A stretch of 64,000 bases of DNA from Octopus vulgaris. Its lineage: Eukaryota. The position numbers were made by a program, and so were the translations under genes. Positions 52,040 through 64,000 of this stretch are shown here, in pieces. Where the stretch lies: assembly GCA_951406725.2 (NCBI GenBank), contig OX597831.1, forward strand, positions 45,198,001 to 45,262,000. Reading direction: 5' to 3'. Within the stretch, counting starts at the first letter, position 1. Each line of letters begins with the position of its first letter. The notes under the pieces were generated by a model, which saw nothing but the letters and a program-made list of their open reading frames with translations, had not been told where the DNA came from and did no database searches.

Positions 52040-52900
52040 ATTATTCATCATTGAAGCCTTCTGATGGAAGCAAGCTTTTGTCTTCTTTCCTATTCATTAA
52101 TACCTTAGTCTTTGTTAAACTCACTCTCAGGCCCCTCAATTCCAGGTTTCGTCTCCATATCTGGAAAATCTTTTTAATTCCTCTACAGATTCAGCGTAAA
52201 GAAGTTCTCATGGACAGTCAGTTTCAAACCCAAACTCTTCTACTAAGTCTTGGAGGATTAACATAAACAGAAGGAGACTGAGGATTGAGCCCTGGTTTAC
52301 TCCCACCTTTTCACTGAATTCCTTAACCTTCAACTTATTAACTCCATCTCTGCACATGGCTTACACAGCTCTCACAAGTCATTCTTCTTTAGTGACTGTC
52401 AGATCACAGAGCAGACTACCCCATCAAAGGCCTTCTCTGTCAACAAAAGCCAGGTTTAAGGGCTTATTCCTGATTAGACACTTCTCCTACAGCTGTCTCA
52501 TTAGGAAGGTGGTATCAGTAGTATTTCTTCTAAGCTGTATAGTATCTAAGTTAATACTCTTCCTAATCATTTGTGCTATTACTTTTTCAGTAACCTTCAT
52601 AACCTGGTCTAATATTTAAATGCTTCTGTGGTTTCCCTTCTCAAACTCATTGCCTTTGTCATTGTAGCAGTTAATGATACTGCTACTACACCATATGATT
52701 TACTTGACTTACTATGCAAGTGATCAGCCCATATCTTACATCACCAGAAATTTTAAGCATCTCAGAAGTAATTACTGATGGACCAGGTGCTGTCCCTATT
52801 TTCATAAATTTCACCAGCTTATCTACCTACACTGCTCCTGAGTAGAATGGCTGGCCCTCCATTGGGTCTATTTGAGGTCAGAATGAGATGATTGGCAGTG
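52040..52900 (-). pseudogene. RTE LINE reverse transcriptase relic
   Basis: MRQL*EKCLIRNKPLNLAFVD and EFSEKVGVNQGSILSLLLF (RT motifs). Confidence 0.72.
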
Positions 52901-53490
52901 GCTGTTTGGACACTAATGACTTTTCTGATTTGGGATGGCTGACAAGAACATTTAACCTGCTTTGAAAACAGTACATTTTTTCCCGGAGGGAAACGCAACA
53001 CATGCACATTACACAAAAAACTATGGGATTACGCCTAGAAAGTTCCCCTCCAAGGCACAAGTCTAAGCAAAGTTGTTTATGGAATATCAGCAGTAACCCA
53101 TGCATACCAGCTTCCTCTCTCCACACCATCAATATTATCCAAAGGAAAGGCAAAGGCTAATACAGCTTGGCACCAGTGATGTCACAACTCATTTCTACAA
53201 CTGAGTAATTGGACCAACATGAAATAAAGTGTCTTGCTCAAGAACACAACACACAGCCTGGTCATGGAATTGAACTCACAACCACATGATTGTAAGCCCG
53301 ATGCTCTAACCACCGAACTATGCACTTTCACGTTTACATACACACATATACACATATGCACATGCAGAAATATGCATGTACAGATAGAAAGAGTGAGAGA
53401 GAGAGATGATGTGATTAATTAATTAAACACAACTGATAGAAACACTTTCCCTTTCCTTGTACACATTGAGAAATATGCTCCCACATTTAA

Positions 53491-53696
53491 CCCTTTGACA
53501 TTTAAACCAGCCCAAATATCCTTTTGTTTTATGTTCATACAGGTCAGATCTGACCTCTCACACCTACCCCACAATGTCATCCAAAAAATCAACAATCATA
53601 CTGAAATTTCAAAGATGCGAGATAATGCATGATTAACTCAAAACAATGTGAATGAACAAGCGTCACATTTGACAGCGTAACCTGAGTGTTAAAAGG
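53491..53696. mobile_element. piggyBac-type MITE
   Basis: TTAA|cccttt...aaaagg|TTAA; homologous to 16774-16994. Confidence 0.82.
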
Positions 53697-54284
53697 TTAA
53701 AGAGAAAGGAGGGGAGAGAAAGAGAGAGACGTTACATATACAAACATAACAAGACGGTCACACAAATAAACAGAGAAAGAGAGAGAGAGGGAGAATGAGA
53801 GAAACATTAAAAATGTTTGATGTCAAATAAGTCAACATTGACTTAGTGGTGCCAAATAGGCGGCGCTGAAACAGCAATGCCAAAACATCTCATACCAACT
53901 TCAGGTACCTTATTTCTTCTAAGCACTGTCCTCAGTCAACAGCTTTTTGTAATAGCACTTCCATACCTCTTTTACTTCACTGTCTGTAAGAGCGAGAAAG
54001 CAGTCATACACACTCTTCCCAAGCAATGTCTTTATTTTCTCTCTAAATATGCTGCTCTTGCAATCTGAAATATTTCACACCTTTGATTTTCATGTCTTAA
54101 AACAATGAACAATGGTAAACTTCTTGTTACTGTTCCAGGATATACCCGATGTCTTGTTTCTCATCTTGCAAGCTGGTACTGCTGCTCTTTACTACCCTGC
54201 TTTTCATCAGTCATTCCAAGCTTGTTTCTTATCCTTTACGACTCCTTCTACAGAGGTTTTCCATTATCCTGTCACCCTTTAATT

Positions 54285-54486
54285 CAGGGGTTCTCAACCA
54301 GGGTCCATATGGCTCCTAAAGATCCTTATAAAATTTTGGGGGCTCAACACAACAAAATAATAAATAAATTGAGGATCAACAATAGTATTTTAAGGGTCCC
54401 TGAAAAAAATTTAATTTTAGATGTAATGTATTGGTAAATATTGCAAGAAACAGGATCCATAGATAAAATATGATTGAGAACCCCTG
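54285..54486. mobile_element. hAT (Charlie-type) MITE
   Basis: caggggttctcaa...ttgagaacccctg with perfect 8-bp TSD ctttaatt. Confidence 0.92.
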
Positions 54487-54743
54487 CTTTAATTGGTTGG
54501 GACAGGTTAGATCTGTTGTCCTCAGTTGGTTTATCAAACAGAAATTCTCAATTGTCCTCTACACTATTATTTTCTATCTCCTCCACTGCTTTCTCATATG
54601 TACCAATTAATGTGTTTTTAAACCTGTTGTCTGTCTGCTCTTTCAATTTCTTTGACATCCTTCTACAGATTGTCTTCTGTGCATGGGTGTGTGGGTGTAT
54701 GAATGAACAGATGGATGGATGTTTGTATGTATATATATATATG

Positions 54744-54959
54744 TTTACTCTTTTACTTGTTTCAGTCATTTGACTGTGGCCATGCTGGATCACCGCCTTT
54801 AGTCGAGCAAATCGACTCCAGGACTTATTCTTTGGAAGCCTAGTACTTATTCTATTGGTCTCTTTTGCCAAACCGCTAAGTTACGGGGATGTAAACACAC
54901 CACCATCGGTTGTCAAGCGATGTTGGGGAGATAAACACAGACACACAAACATACACACA

Positions 54960-54997
<38 letters not shown>

Positions 54998-55168
54998 CAT
55001 ATATTCAATGAGCTTCTTTCAGTTTCTGTCTACCTAATCCACTCACAAGGCTTTGGTCAACCTGAGGCTATAGTAGAAGACACTCGCCCAAGTTGCCACA
55101 CAGTAGGACTGAACCTGAAACCATATGGTTGGTAAGCAAGCTATTTACCACACAACCACTTCTACGCC
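54744..55168 (-). mobile_element. SINE family A
   Basis: Reverse-complement homology. Confidence 0.85.
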
Positions 55169-55539
55169 TATATAAAAAGTTAGCTTTGAAAAAAATACAT
55201 CAGAATCATCTGTTTGTAGTAGTGGAACCATAAGGCAGCAATCAAAACAGACAAAGATGTGTGTTATCACTTATAACCATGCCTATTTGATATCTACACT
55301 GAGTGTATATTCAATTGGTCAAATGAGACCAAAAGATTCACAGTCACTGGTATAAACAAAAAAAACATCTAAGATATGCAGATGATACAGTGTTATTGGC
55401 AGACAGTAATGAGAAGTTACAAGATATTGTTGATGTTGTAAAAGAAGCAAAGTGACAATAAGGTGTAAAATATGAATGTAAAAATGACAAACACAATGCT
55501 TGTTAGTAAGACATAATGAAAGCAAGCAAATATAGGAAT

Positions 55540-56245
55540 AGATGGAGTGAAGCTGGAATAAGCAAAAAAAAAACTTCAAGTATCTAGGTCAAATAACAAA
55601 TGAAGAAGGTTGCTAAGAAGAAATTATTCAAAGAATAAATATGATTAAACCAACGTTTATAAGAATGAAAACAATTTTCAGTCTTCAAGAAACAACATTA
55701 CACATGAAATGGAGACTAATAAAACTTATATTATACGGATTGTATTGCATGGAGCAGAAATTTGGACAATGTGCAGAGCAATGGGAAAGAAGATGGAAGT
55801 CTTTGAAATTGGTATTTTTCACAGAATTTCTTTAAGATGTAATTTTTCTAAATGGTGTCATTTAATTTTTCATGATTGTACTAATAAAAGGTGGGTTTTT
55901 TTTCTAAAGCAAAAAAATTTCTAATGCCAAATATGCCGATAAGACAGGACGACACTGCAGTACTAGAAAAGCTGAAAGTTCAAAGACGCCTAATGTTAGG
56001 AATCAAGTTTCCGAAGATATCCTGTTTCAGTTATACAATGTGTCAGAAGAAGTCATTGCTTAGGACCATCCTGACAGGAAGAATGAAAGGGAAGAGAGCA
56101 AGATGATGTCAAAGATGTTTGTGGTATGATGACATCAAAGAAACAGGACTTTGCTGATTGTGTATGTAGAGCAGAAAACAGACGGAAGTAAAAAGTCTTA
56201 GTAAGCGAATCTTTGCATATAGGAAGAGCACTTGGCTGATGACTG
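55540..56245 (+). pseudogene. Old RTE-like LINE 3' ORF relic
   Basis: NFKYLGQI, VLHGAEIWTM, MEVFEI and LRTILTGRMKGKRAR. Confidence 0.7.
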
Positions 56246-56390
56246 ATATATATATAATACTGTACACTTCGGATAATATATATATATATAATACAATATA
56301 CATCTAATTCTATACAATATATATATATATATGTATGTATGTATGTATATATATATATATATATATACATAATACTGTACACTTTGGATA

Positions 56391-56426
<36 letters not shown>

Positions 56427-56548
56427 CAAAATACATCTAATTCTATACAATATATATCATCATCATATCATCATCATCGTTTAGCGTCCGCTTTCCATGA
56501 TGATGATGATATGATGATGATATATATTGTATAGAATTAGATGTATTT

Positions 56549-56596
<48 letters not shown>

Positions 56597-56607
56597 TTAT
56601 ATTGATA

Positions 56608-56647
<40 letters not shown>

Positions 56648-57116
56648 ATTTTGATTTTGATTTTCCAGTTTCAGCTAATGAAATAATTATATATAATAAT
56701 AATAATAATATGAGGAAATATTATTCTAAACTTACGGGGAAAAATTCAATTTAGAAATACTAAATCAAATTTCACACAATATAATATATATATATATAAA
56801 TTAGAAAAAAATCCCACCTTTTATCAACTCAATAATGAAAAATTAAATTATACCATTTAGAAGAATTACATCTTATATATATATTGTTATGTTTTATCTT
56901 ATATTTAATCTTTCTTTAAGATGTAATTTTTCTAAATGGTGTCATTTAATTTTTCATGATTGTACTAATAAAAGGTGGGTTTTTTTTCTAAAGCAAAAAA
57001 ATTTCTAATGCCAAATATGCCGATAATTGGACATATTGTCCATTACCATATAATTTATCACAATACGCATGCTACTTGAAAAAAAGCCGACAGAAATTTC
57101 TAAAAAATTCCATTAT

Positions 57117-57174
57117 TACCATATCGGACTGATTTCAGGGTTAGTTCGTAAGAACCCTCCCTTCGTCAGTGATA
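57117..57174 (-). ncRNA. Type I hammerhead ribozyme, canonical core
   Basis: UAUCA-CUGACGA-AGGG...CCCU-GAAA-UC(AGUCC)GA-UA^UGGUA. Confidence 0.75.
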
Positions 57175-57428
57175 AATGTGGCAAAGAAATAAATGAGATA
57201 CTTACTCATACCCATGGAAGAAGCAAAACACTAAGTCATGAGCACAATTAAGTACCCTAAATACATCCAAAATAGAAATACTCCAGCCCATTCAAGACAC
57301 GTGCGATTTGAACTGAGGCTCTCACAGAGTGAAAGAGTCCGGAAGTGAACACTTAAATTTATGTTTAATGTAGGATAAAATTTTTTTTTTTTTCGAAAAA
57401 AATGTTATCCTACATTAAACATATATAT

Positions 57429-57460
<32 letters not shown>

Positions 57461-57646
57461 GAAAAAATAAGTCAAAATAGAAAATGTTCAAGAATTCACA
57501 ACGACCTCGAACCCACAAGTGTGAACAAGAGAGACAGAGCAAGGCAGAAACAAGGAAAATGCCACTTATATTTGAACACTATATAAATATTCCTTTTTCA
57601 AAAAAAATTTCTTTTAATTTTTCTAAATTTAATTATTTAATCGTTA

Positions 57647-57684
57647 CAGTTGAAAAGGTCTCAAAATGACTGAAACCGGTACTG
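57647..57684 (+). ncRNA. Minimal hammerhead ribozyme with compensatory U3-A8 core
   Basis: CAG-UUGAAAA-GGUC(UCAAAAU)GACU-GAAA-CCGG-UA^CUG, inside a unit bounded by 26-bp inverted repeats (57461-57486, 57711-57736). Confidence 0.7.
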
Positions 57685-57774
57685 AAATGTTCTTTACAAA
57701 ATTATTTTAGCATTTTCTATTTTGACTTATTTTTTCATATATATCAACTCATGTGTTCCTTTCCATCCTTATAC

Positions 57775-57812
<38 letters not shown>

Positions 57813-57817
57813 CATTA

Positions 57818-58145
57818 TCATCATCATCATCATCGTTTAACGTCCGCTTTCCATGCTACCATGGGTTGGACAGTTCAACTGGGGTCTGGGAAGCCTGAAG
57901 GCTGAACCAGGCCAGTCAGATCTGGCAGTGTTTCTACAGCTGGATGCCCTTCCTAACGCCAACCACTCCGAGAGTGTAGTGGGTGATTTTATGTGCCACC
58001 GACACAGGTGCCAGACAAGGCTGGCGAACGGCCACACTCGGATGGTGTTTTTTACGTGCCACCGGCACGGAGGCCAGCCAATGCGGTACTGGCTACGGCC
58101 ATGTTCGGATGGTTTTCGTATGTGCCACCGGCACTGGTACCACAA
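57818..58145 (-). mobile_element. RTE LINE 3'UTR fragment
   Basis: (CAT)n tail; homology to 2430-2837. Confidence 0.82.
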
Positions 58146-58191
58146 AACTACAAATTCCATTAATGTTCATCAAGTTTGCTTTTGAATTTGT

Positions 58192-58258
<67 letters not shown>

Positions 58259-58961
58259 TTATTATAATAATTAGGGAAGATCAATTCCAGTGCCACAGGA
58301 ATGAGGCATTCAAATTCAAAATATGAAATTGAATTACTCTCAATAATCAATTCATATATATCAAAATAGTGTTAGAGATAGAAACACCTACAAAGTCCAT
58401 TGCAGTGGTAGCCATTTACGGCTGAGTGGGCTGCAGAAATGTGAAATGAAGTGTTTTGCTCAAAAGCACAGCATGCAGCACTGTCCAGGAATTGAACCCA
58501 TGATCTAGCAATCATGAGTGCAATAACCTAATCACCAGGCCACGTGCTTGCACACACACACACACACAATGTATGCACATACACACATGCATGTATGCAC
58601 ACACACACATATATGCACACATACATGTATGCGCACACACACACACTTATACACACACACACACGTATGCACACACACACGTATGCACACACACACATAC
58701 ATAATATTCTAAATTATGTACAGTGTATTAATAAAGAGCAAGAGAGAAACAGATGAAGTCAAATGTGGGAGGTGAGAAGGTTTTAAGCCTTGCATATCTC
58801 TTATATTAACAGTACTCCACTGAGATTGACTTTGCCTTTCCTTCTTTTAGGGTCTATAAAATAAGTACCAGTTGAGCACTGGTGTTGATGTAATCAACTT
58901 AGCTTCTTCCCAAAAATTGCTGGCCTTGTGCAGAAACTTGAAACTAATGCTTATGTATTTA

Positions 58962-59150
58962 CCATATTTTAACATGTATAAGGAACCCTTTTTTGTCAAA
59001 AATTAGGTTTAAAAAATATGGGAGTTTCTTATACATGAATAGTATTAAAATCCCTTAAAATCCCTTACAAAACCTTTTTACCAAATTTTAAGCCCCCAAA
59101 ATTAGGGGGCTCCTTATACACGAGGGTTCCTTATACACATTAAAATACGG
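58962..59150. mobile_element. pogo/Tc2-type MITE
   Basis: TA|ccatattttaacatgtataaggaaccct...agggttccttatacacattaaaatacgg|TA. Confidence 0.82.
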
Positions 59151-60193
59151 TATCAACTGTCATATATATTTTATGTAAGCAAATACAATTTTAGTTTCCC
59201 AAATTATAGACATTGTTGTGGATATCACGTTTGGTGGAAATTATTAGTAAGTAAATTGACCCCAACTGAGAAAAAAAAAACTCAGTTACATTTACTTAGA
59301 GCTGCTGTTTACTGCAACCAAACAGTCCACAGACATTAACAGACTGCAGATTTCAAGGAAAGGTATTGGTGACCATATGTTATTTTTATGATGTCATCAG
59401 TTCTGCACATGAAGCAGATAGCATCTGTACTATTACACAAAATTCCTTCAGTGTGTTGTCGCAGAAAATCTGGATGACTAATGTAGGCGTACTAAACCAA
59501 CATGGGAGAGTTTATAAGGTTACTCGACACTCTAAAACCAGGACATAACTCCATCAGATCACATCAAAAGTCTGTGATTCCCAAATTTTTTTTTACTTGC
59601 AGTACATTTAAGCACAAATAAAAATAGTGCAGCACCCTTTGTGCATACCATTTATGATGGCAAATAAAGTGCACTTTCTCCCCCATCCACCCCCAAAAAA
59701 TGTCTTTAAAAAATCACCCTGGGTCCTATATGCAAAGTCAGCCCTCTCATACACTTTAATGCTTTCATTCTTTTATTCTTTTACTTGTTTCAGCCAGTAG
59801 ACTGTGGCCATAGTGGGGCTTCACTTTGAAGAATTTTAGTCAAACAAATCAACCCAAATACATATATTTTTAAAGCCTGGTATTTATTCTATCAATCTCT
59901 TTTGCTGAACTGCAAAGGGGTCCATAGGTGAAAAATGGTTGAGAAACATTGCTATAAACCATCAAGGGAGCACCCACTAAAATATCAAAAATCAAATTCT
60001 CTTAATAAATTAAACAGTACATAAGCCAAACTAAACAAAACAATCTAATTAATCTAATTACAGAGATATTCCTATTACTTCATTAATTGAACTAAATTGA
60101 TTAAAGATCTAATTGTATCTATGGTTAGAAAACTGAAAAGATAAAGAGAATAATTATTTTAAATTATTTGAGACAAGGCCAGTCATTTTAGAG

Positions 60194-62240
60194 CAATGCT
60201 TCTTAAACTATGGGTCATGAAATGAAATGCTGAGGTCATCATCATCATCATCGTTTAATGTCCGTTTTCCATGCTAGCATGGGTTGAACAGTTCGACTGG
60301 GGTCTGGGAAGCCAGGAAGCTGTGCCAGGCTCCAGTCTGATCTGGCAGTGTTTCTACAGCTGGATGCCCTTCCTAACGCCAACCACTCTGTGAGTTTAGT
60401 GGGTGATTTTTATGTGCCACTGGCACAGGGGCCAGAGGAGGCTGGCAAATGGCTTTTTACGTGTCACCGACATGGACGCCAGTCAAGTGGTGCTGGCATC
60501 AGCCACGTTCGGATAGTGCTTTTTACATGCCATCGGCACGAGTATCTTAACTACAATTTCCATTTGATTTTTATTTTGATGTTGGTGTTGACTAAATTCA
60601 AAAACTTGAATTTCAGTTTATATGTTATTTTACAAATGCACAATATTTATCATGATGCACCATGCAAGCGCTACAGTAATAAAACGTGTGTGCAGCACTG
60701 TTGCAACTAGTGCAGTGACAACGCATGTATTTTCAGTGTAGTTGGTTGATTGTGTTCATCTTAATAAGTGTATAAATAACAATACATGTTACTATTTTAT
60801 CTGATTGAGGTCGGTATTTATTTAAATAATTTCATAATTATTTGATGAAACATTATTTTTTTTATATTTCAAAATAAAAATATTTTTACTCATGGATAAA
60901 TGGCTGAACTTAAGTAACAAAAGTAATGACACGGATGGCAATGCTACAAAGTCTGTTCAAGCAGGCCCTAGTAATCAGAGAGAGGCACCTCAGATGCAAA
61001 ACAGAAAATGCAATGAGTCATTTCTCCAATTAGGTTTTACTTTTAATAATAGCGATGGTATAGAACAACCTCTTTGTTTAACTTACAATGTTTTGGCCAT
61101 GGAGAGTATGAAAATCTCAAAATTAAAAAGGCATCTTGAATCCAAACATCCCTCATACGTTAATAAACCAAAGATATATCTTGAAAGATTGTTTTTGTCT
61201 TCAAATATAGAAAGACAAAATTTTGAGAAATTTATGACTATAAATGAAAAATATTTATTAGCATCATATGAAGTTTCATATTCTAATTGCCAAAAATAAA
61301 AAGCCATACACCATTGGGAAAGAACTTTTATTACCTTCTGCTATGAAGATGTTAGAAATACTTCATGGAAGTAAATAGGATGATGAAATTCAGAAAATTC
61401 CTTTGTCAAACAACACTGTCGCCAATAGAATTACTGAAATTAGCAACAGCTGATTTGAACAACTTATTATTTTACTTAAAGAAAGCCCAAAATTTGCAAT
61501 TCAGTTGTATGAGACAACTGATATTTCAAAAATGGCTCAATTGTTAGTATACATCAGATACATTTATAAAGAAAACACCAATGAAGAATTGTTATTTTGT
61601 CATCCTTTGGAAGAACATATAAGAGGGAAAAACATAGATAATAAAGTTGATGAATTTTTTAAAACTGTAGGTTTGAAATGGAAAAATTGTATTGGAGTAT
61701 GCACAGATGGTGCAAAAGTGATGACGGGAAGGAGAAAATATCGGTTTTAAATGGTTTGCTAAAGCTGCTGGTAATAACCATGTAACTTTTACACACTGTA
61801 TGACCCATGGTGAGGTTCTTGCAGCAAAAAAATTAGCACTGGAATTAAATGATGTGTTTCAGGATGTTATCAAAATTATAAACTCTATTAAAAGCCGTGC
61901 CCTTAACAGCTGTTAATTTTCAAATCTCTGTAAAGACATGGACTCAGAATACAAGAACTTATTGTTACACACAGATGTAAGGTGACTGTCAAGAGGTTGA
62001 AGTTTAAACAGATTATTGTTGTTAAATGAAATTATTATATTTTTAACAGCACAAAAATCTGATCTTGCTGCTCTTTTTCAAAATGATTTATGGCTTTCAA
62101 ATTTATGCTATTTGTCAGATATTTTTGAGAAACTAAATGATCTCAGCTCGTCTCTTCAAGGAAAGAAAAGCGATATATTTATTTTGAATGATAAAATTGA
62201 GGGCTTTATTAAAAAGATCAACATTTGGAAGAATAGGGTC
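60194..62240 (+). pseudogene. hAT Buster/Charlie-type transposon relic (BED finger and transposase), interrupted by an RTE 3' end (about 60237-60575, -)
   Basis: Left TIR caatgcttcttaaact. MDKW start at 60892; ESMKISKLKRHLESKH, ETTDISKMAQLLVYIRY, CIGVCTDGA and LCYLSDIFEKLNDL, with several frameshifts and stops. Confidence 0.88.
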
Positions 62241-63361
62241 TGTCAAAGTGAGAATGTTTTCATTCTGCCTTGCATACTTGCATAAACAATATCAAGTTGA
62301 GCAAACATATCTATCAAATACTCTGGCTTAGAAATCTAAAAGTTCACATCAAAGATATTCAGAAAATCATTCATGCTTTTTTTTCCCCCCCAAAAAAAAA
62401 TGTAATGAATTCTTTCTACAGTTCATGTGTGCAACATAGAACCTTGCTTTTTGAAAGCCATCTAACTTCTGTGTATAAAAGAAATTGCACATGCTGAGAT
62501 TGATTTCAATAAATCTCTTCAAATATTCATGTCTTAATGGTCTGCTTATAAAATAATTAACCATTTTGTTTAATATCTTCTTTAATTCAACTTGTGATGT
62601 TTTTAAAACAAGTATCCCCTTTTGTAAAGATAGTGGGTATATCCGAGATTTGGATTTTGCTTTTCTTATATTGGTATAAAAAAATTTAAAAGAGCCTACT
62701 ATACATAGTGCCCTGTAAGTATACTGGGTATTCCAACAAATGGTAAATTCTATTTTTTGAGAGGTAGACATTTAAAATATCAAAAATGTCAAAAAATACC
62801 TCTTGTAATAATGGACATTTTCTTGCAATGTAAAAATTATTAATGATCTCATTATGATTAATAAAGCAATTAATTGTGCTTCATTACTTATATCAATATA
62901 TTCATCAGCTTGTAATACAAATTTTGTGTTCCTCAGTTAATTTCATACATTTTTCTCGATGTTCTTCAGAATCAAAATTCTCCAGTAAATTGTATAATCT
63001 GAGAATGAAATTTTGCTCTGAGTCATCTTAGTCCATCATTCTACAAGTAGGCAGGGTAATTGGCTCGGGTAGAGGATGTAATTTCAGTCCTCTCAATTAA
63101 AGTAACTTGTGCCTTTTCAAAAGCTTAATATTTTCTGCAAAATACATTTACTTGGATTATTACTCAAAGAGTCTTTTGAAATAACTCAGATCTCTATCGT
63201 GAAGATATTAATACTTAATAGCAAATTACCACTTCAACCTGTCTGAGATTGTTCCTGGTTCTATGATACAAACTTCCTGTTTTAAAGCAGTTTAAAACCT
63301 TTTATCGATGTTAATTCATGTCCCTTCTTGTTAATTTGTGTCCTAAACAACAGCTTAATAA

Positions 63362-63570
63362 TAGTTTCAAATTTTGCCACAAGGCCAGCAGTTTGGAGGG
63401 AATGGGTAAGTGAATTACACTGCCCCTAATGCTTAACTGGTACTTATTTTATTGATCCCAAAAGGATGAAAGACAAAGTCAACATCAGAGGAATTTGAAC
63501 TCAGAACTTATATACAGACAAAAAGCTGCTAAACATTTTGCCCAGCATGCTAACAATTTTACCAACTTGT
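63362..63570 (-). mobile_element. SINE family B
   Basis: Reverse-complement homology. Confidence 0.78.
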
Positions 63571-64000
63571 TGTCTTCCAACTGATTAATAATAATACTTA
63601 TTTCACTAAGTTCTTTTTCAAAATTAATTAAAACAAGAGCAGTGTATTTTAACAGCAATAAGGTATGAAAATCTACTGGGTACCATGCCTTTGTACATCC
63701 TCTCATTACAAACAGCACGTGATGGGATGGGTTAATCAACCTTTCCAGTTGAATTAAACCCTTGATTTAATTTAAATTTCACAATACTGTTGATTGTAGT
63801 GAACTTTCACCTTATTTTCGTTAGGTAATTTTTAGTGAATGTTCACTCTCTTATTTACAATCCTCATTATTATGTTTTCCAAGGCTTTGTTAGGCAACAC
63901 CTTCCCAAGGTGCCACACACTTAGATTGAACCCAAAATCATGTAATTGTGAAGTATGTCTACTAAGAAACACAGAATATTAAAAAAAAAGGGGAAGAAAC

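Noticed and set aside
60892-62285. Functional ZBED/SCAND3-like host gene
   Set aside because: Several frameshifts and stops, with a TIR upstream.

Overview
AT-rich, repeat-dense eukaryotic DNA. The SINE/LINE families and (TA)n/(TG)n microsatellites point to a coleoid cephalopod, most likely Octopus (inference). Only two host genes are supported: the last two exons of a divergent Rab11-like GTPase (+; 370-450 and 6481-6590, ending in a CxC prenylation motif) and a class A orphan GPCR with an uninterrupted CDS (-; 35740-36912). The rest is transposon debris: two abundant tRNA-type SINE families, RTE and CR1-like LINE 3' ends, mariner, DD37D, DD41D-like, Tigger and hAT/Buster relics, MITEs (piggyBac-, hAT-, pogo- and possibly Merlin-type), a solo LTR and an LTR-gag relic. 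The most notable signal is about 11 minimal type I hammerhead ribozyme motifs from at least 7 sequence families, mostly in short Penelope-like inserts within TA microsatellites, including core variants U3-A8, U4C and A6U. Also notable: a SINE/LINE pair sharing a covarying 3' stem-loop, a minisatellite derived from a SINE core, and several locally templated insertions and fold-backs. Nearly all ORF-track entries are microsatellite or TE artefacts. Repeat boundaries were read by eye and are approximate unless TSDs are quoted.
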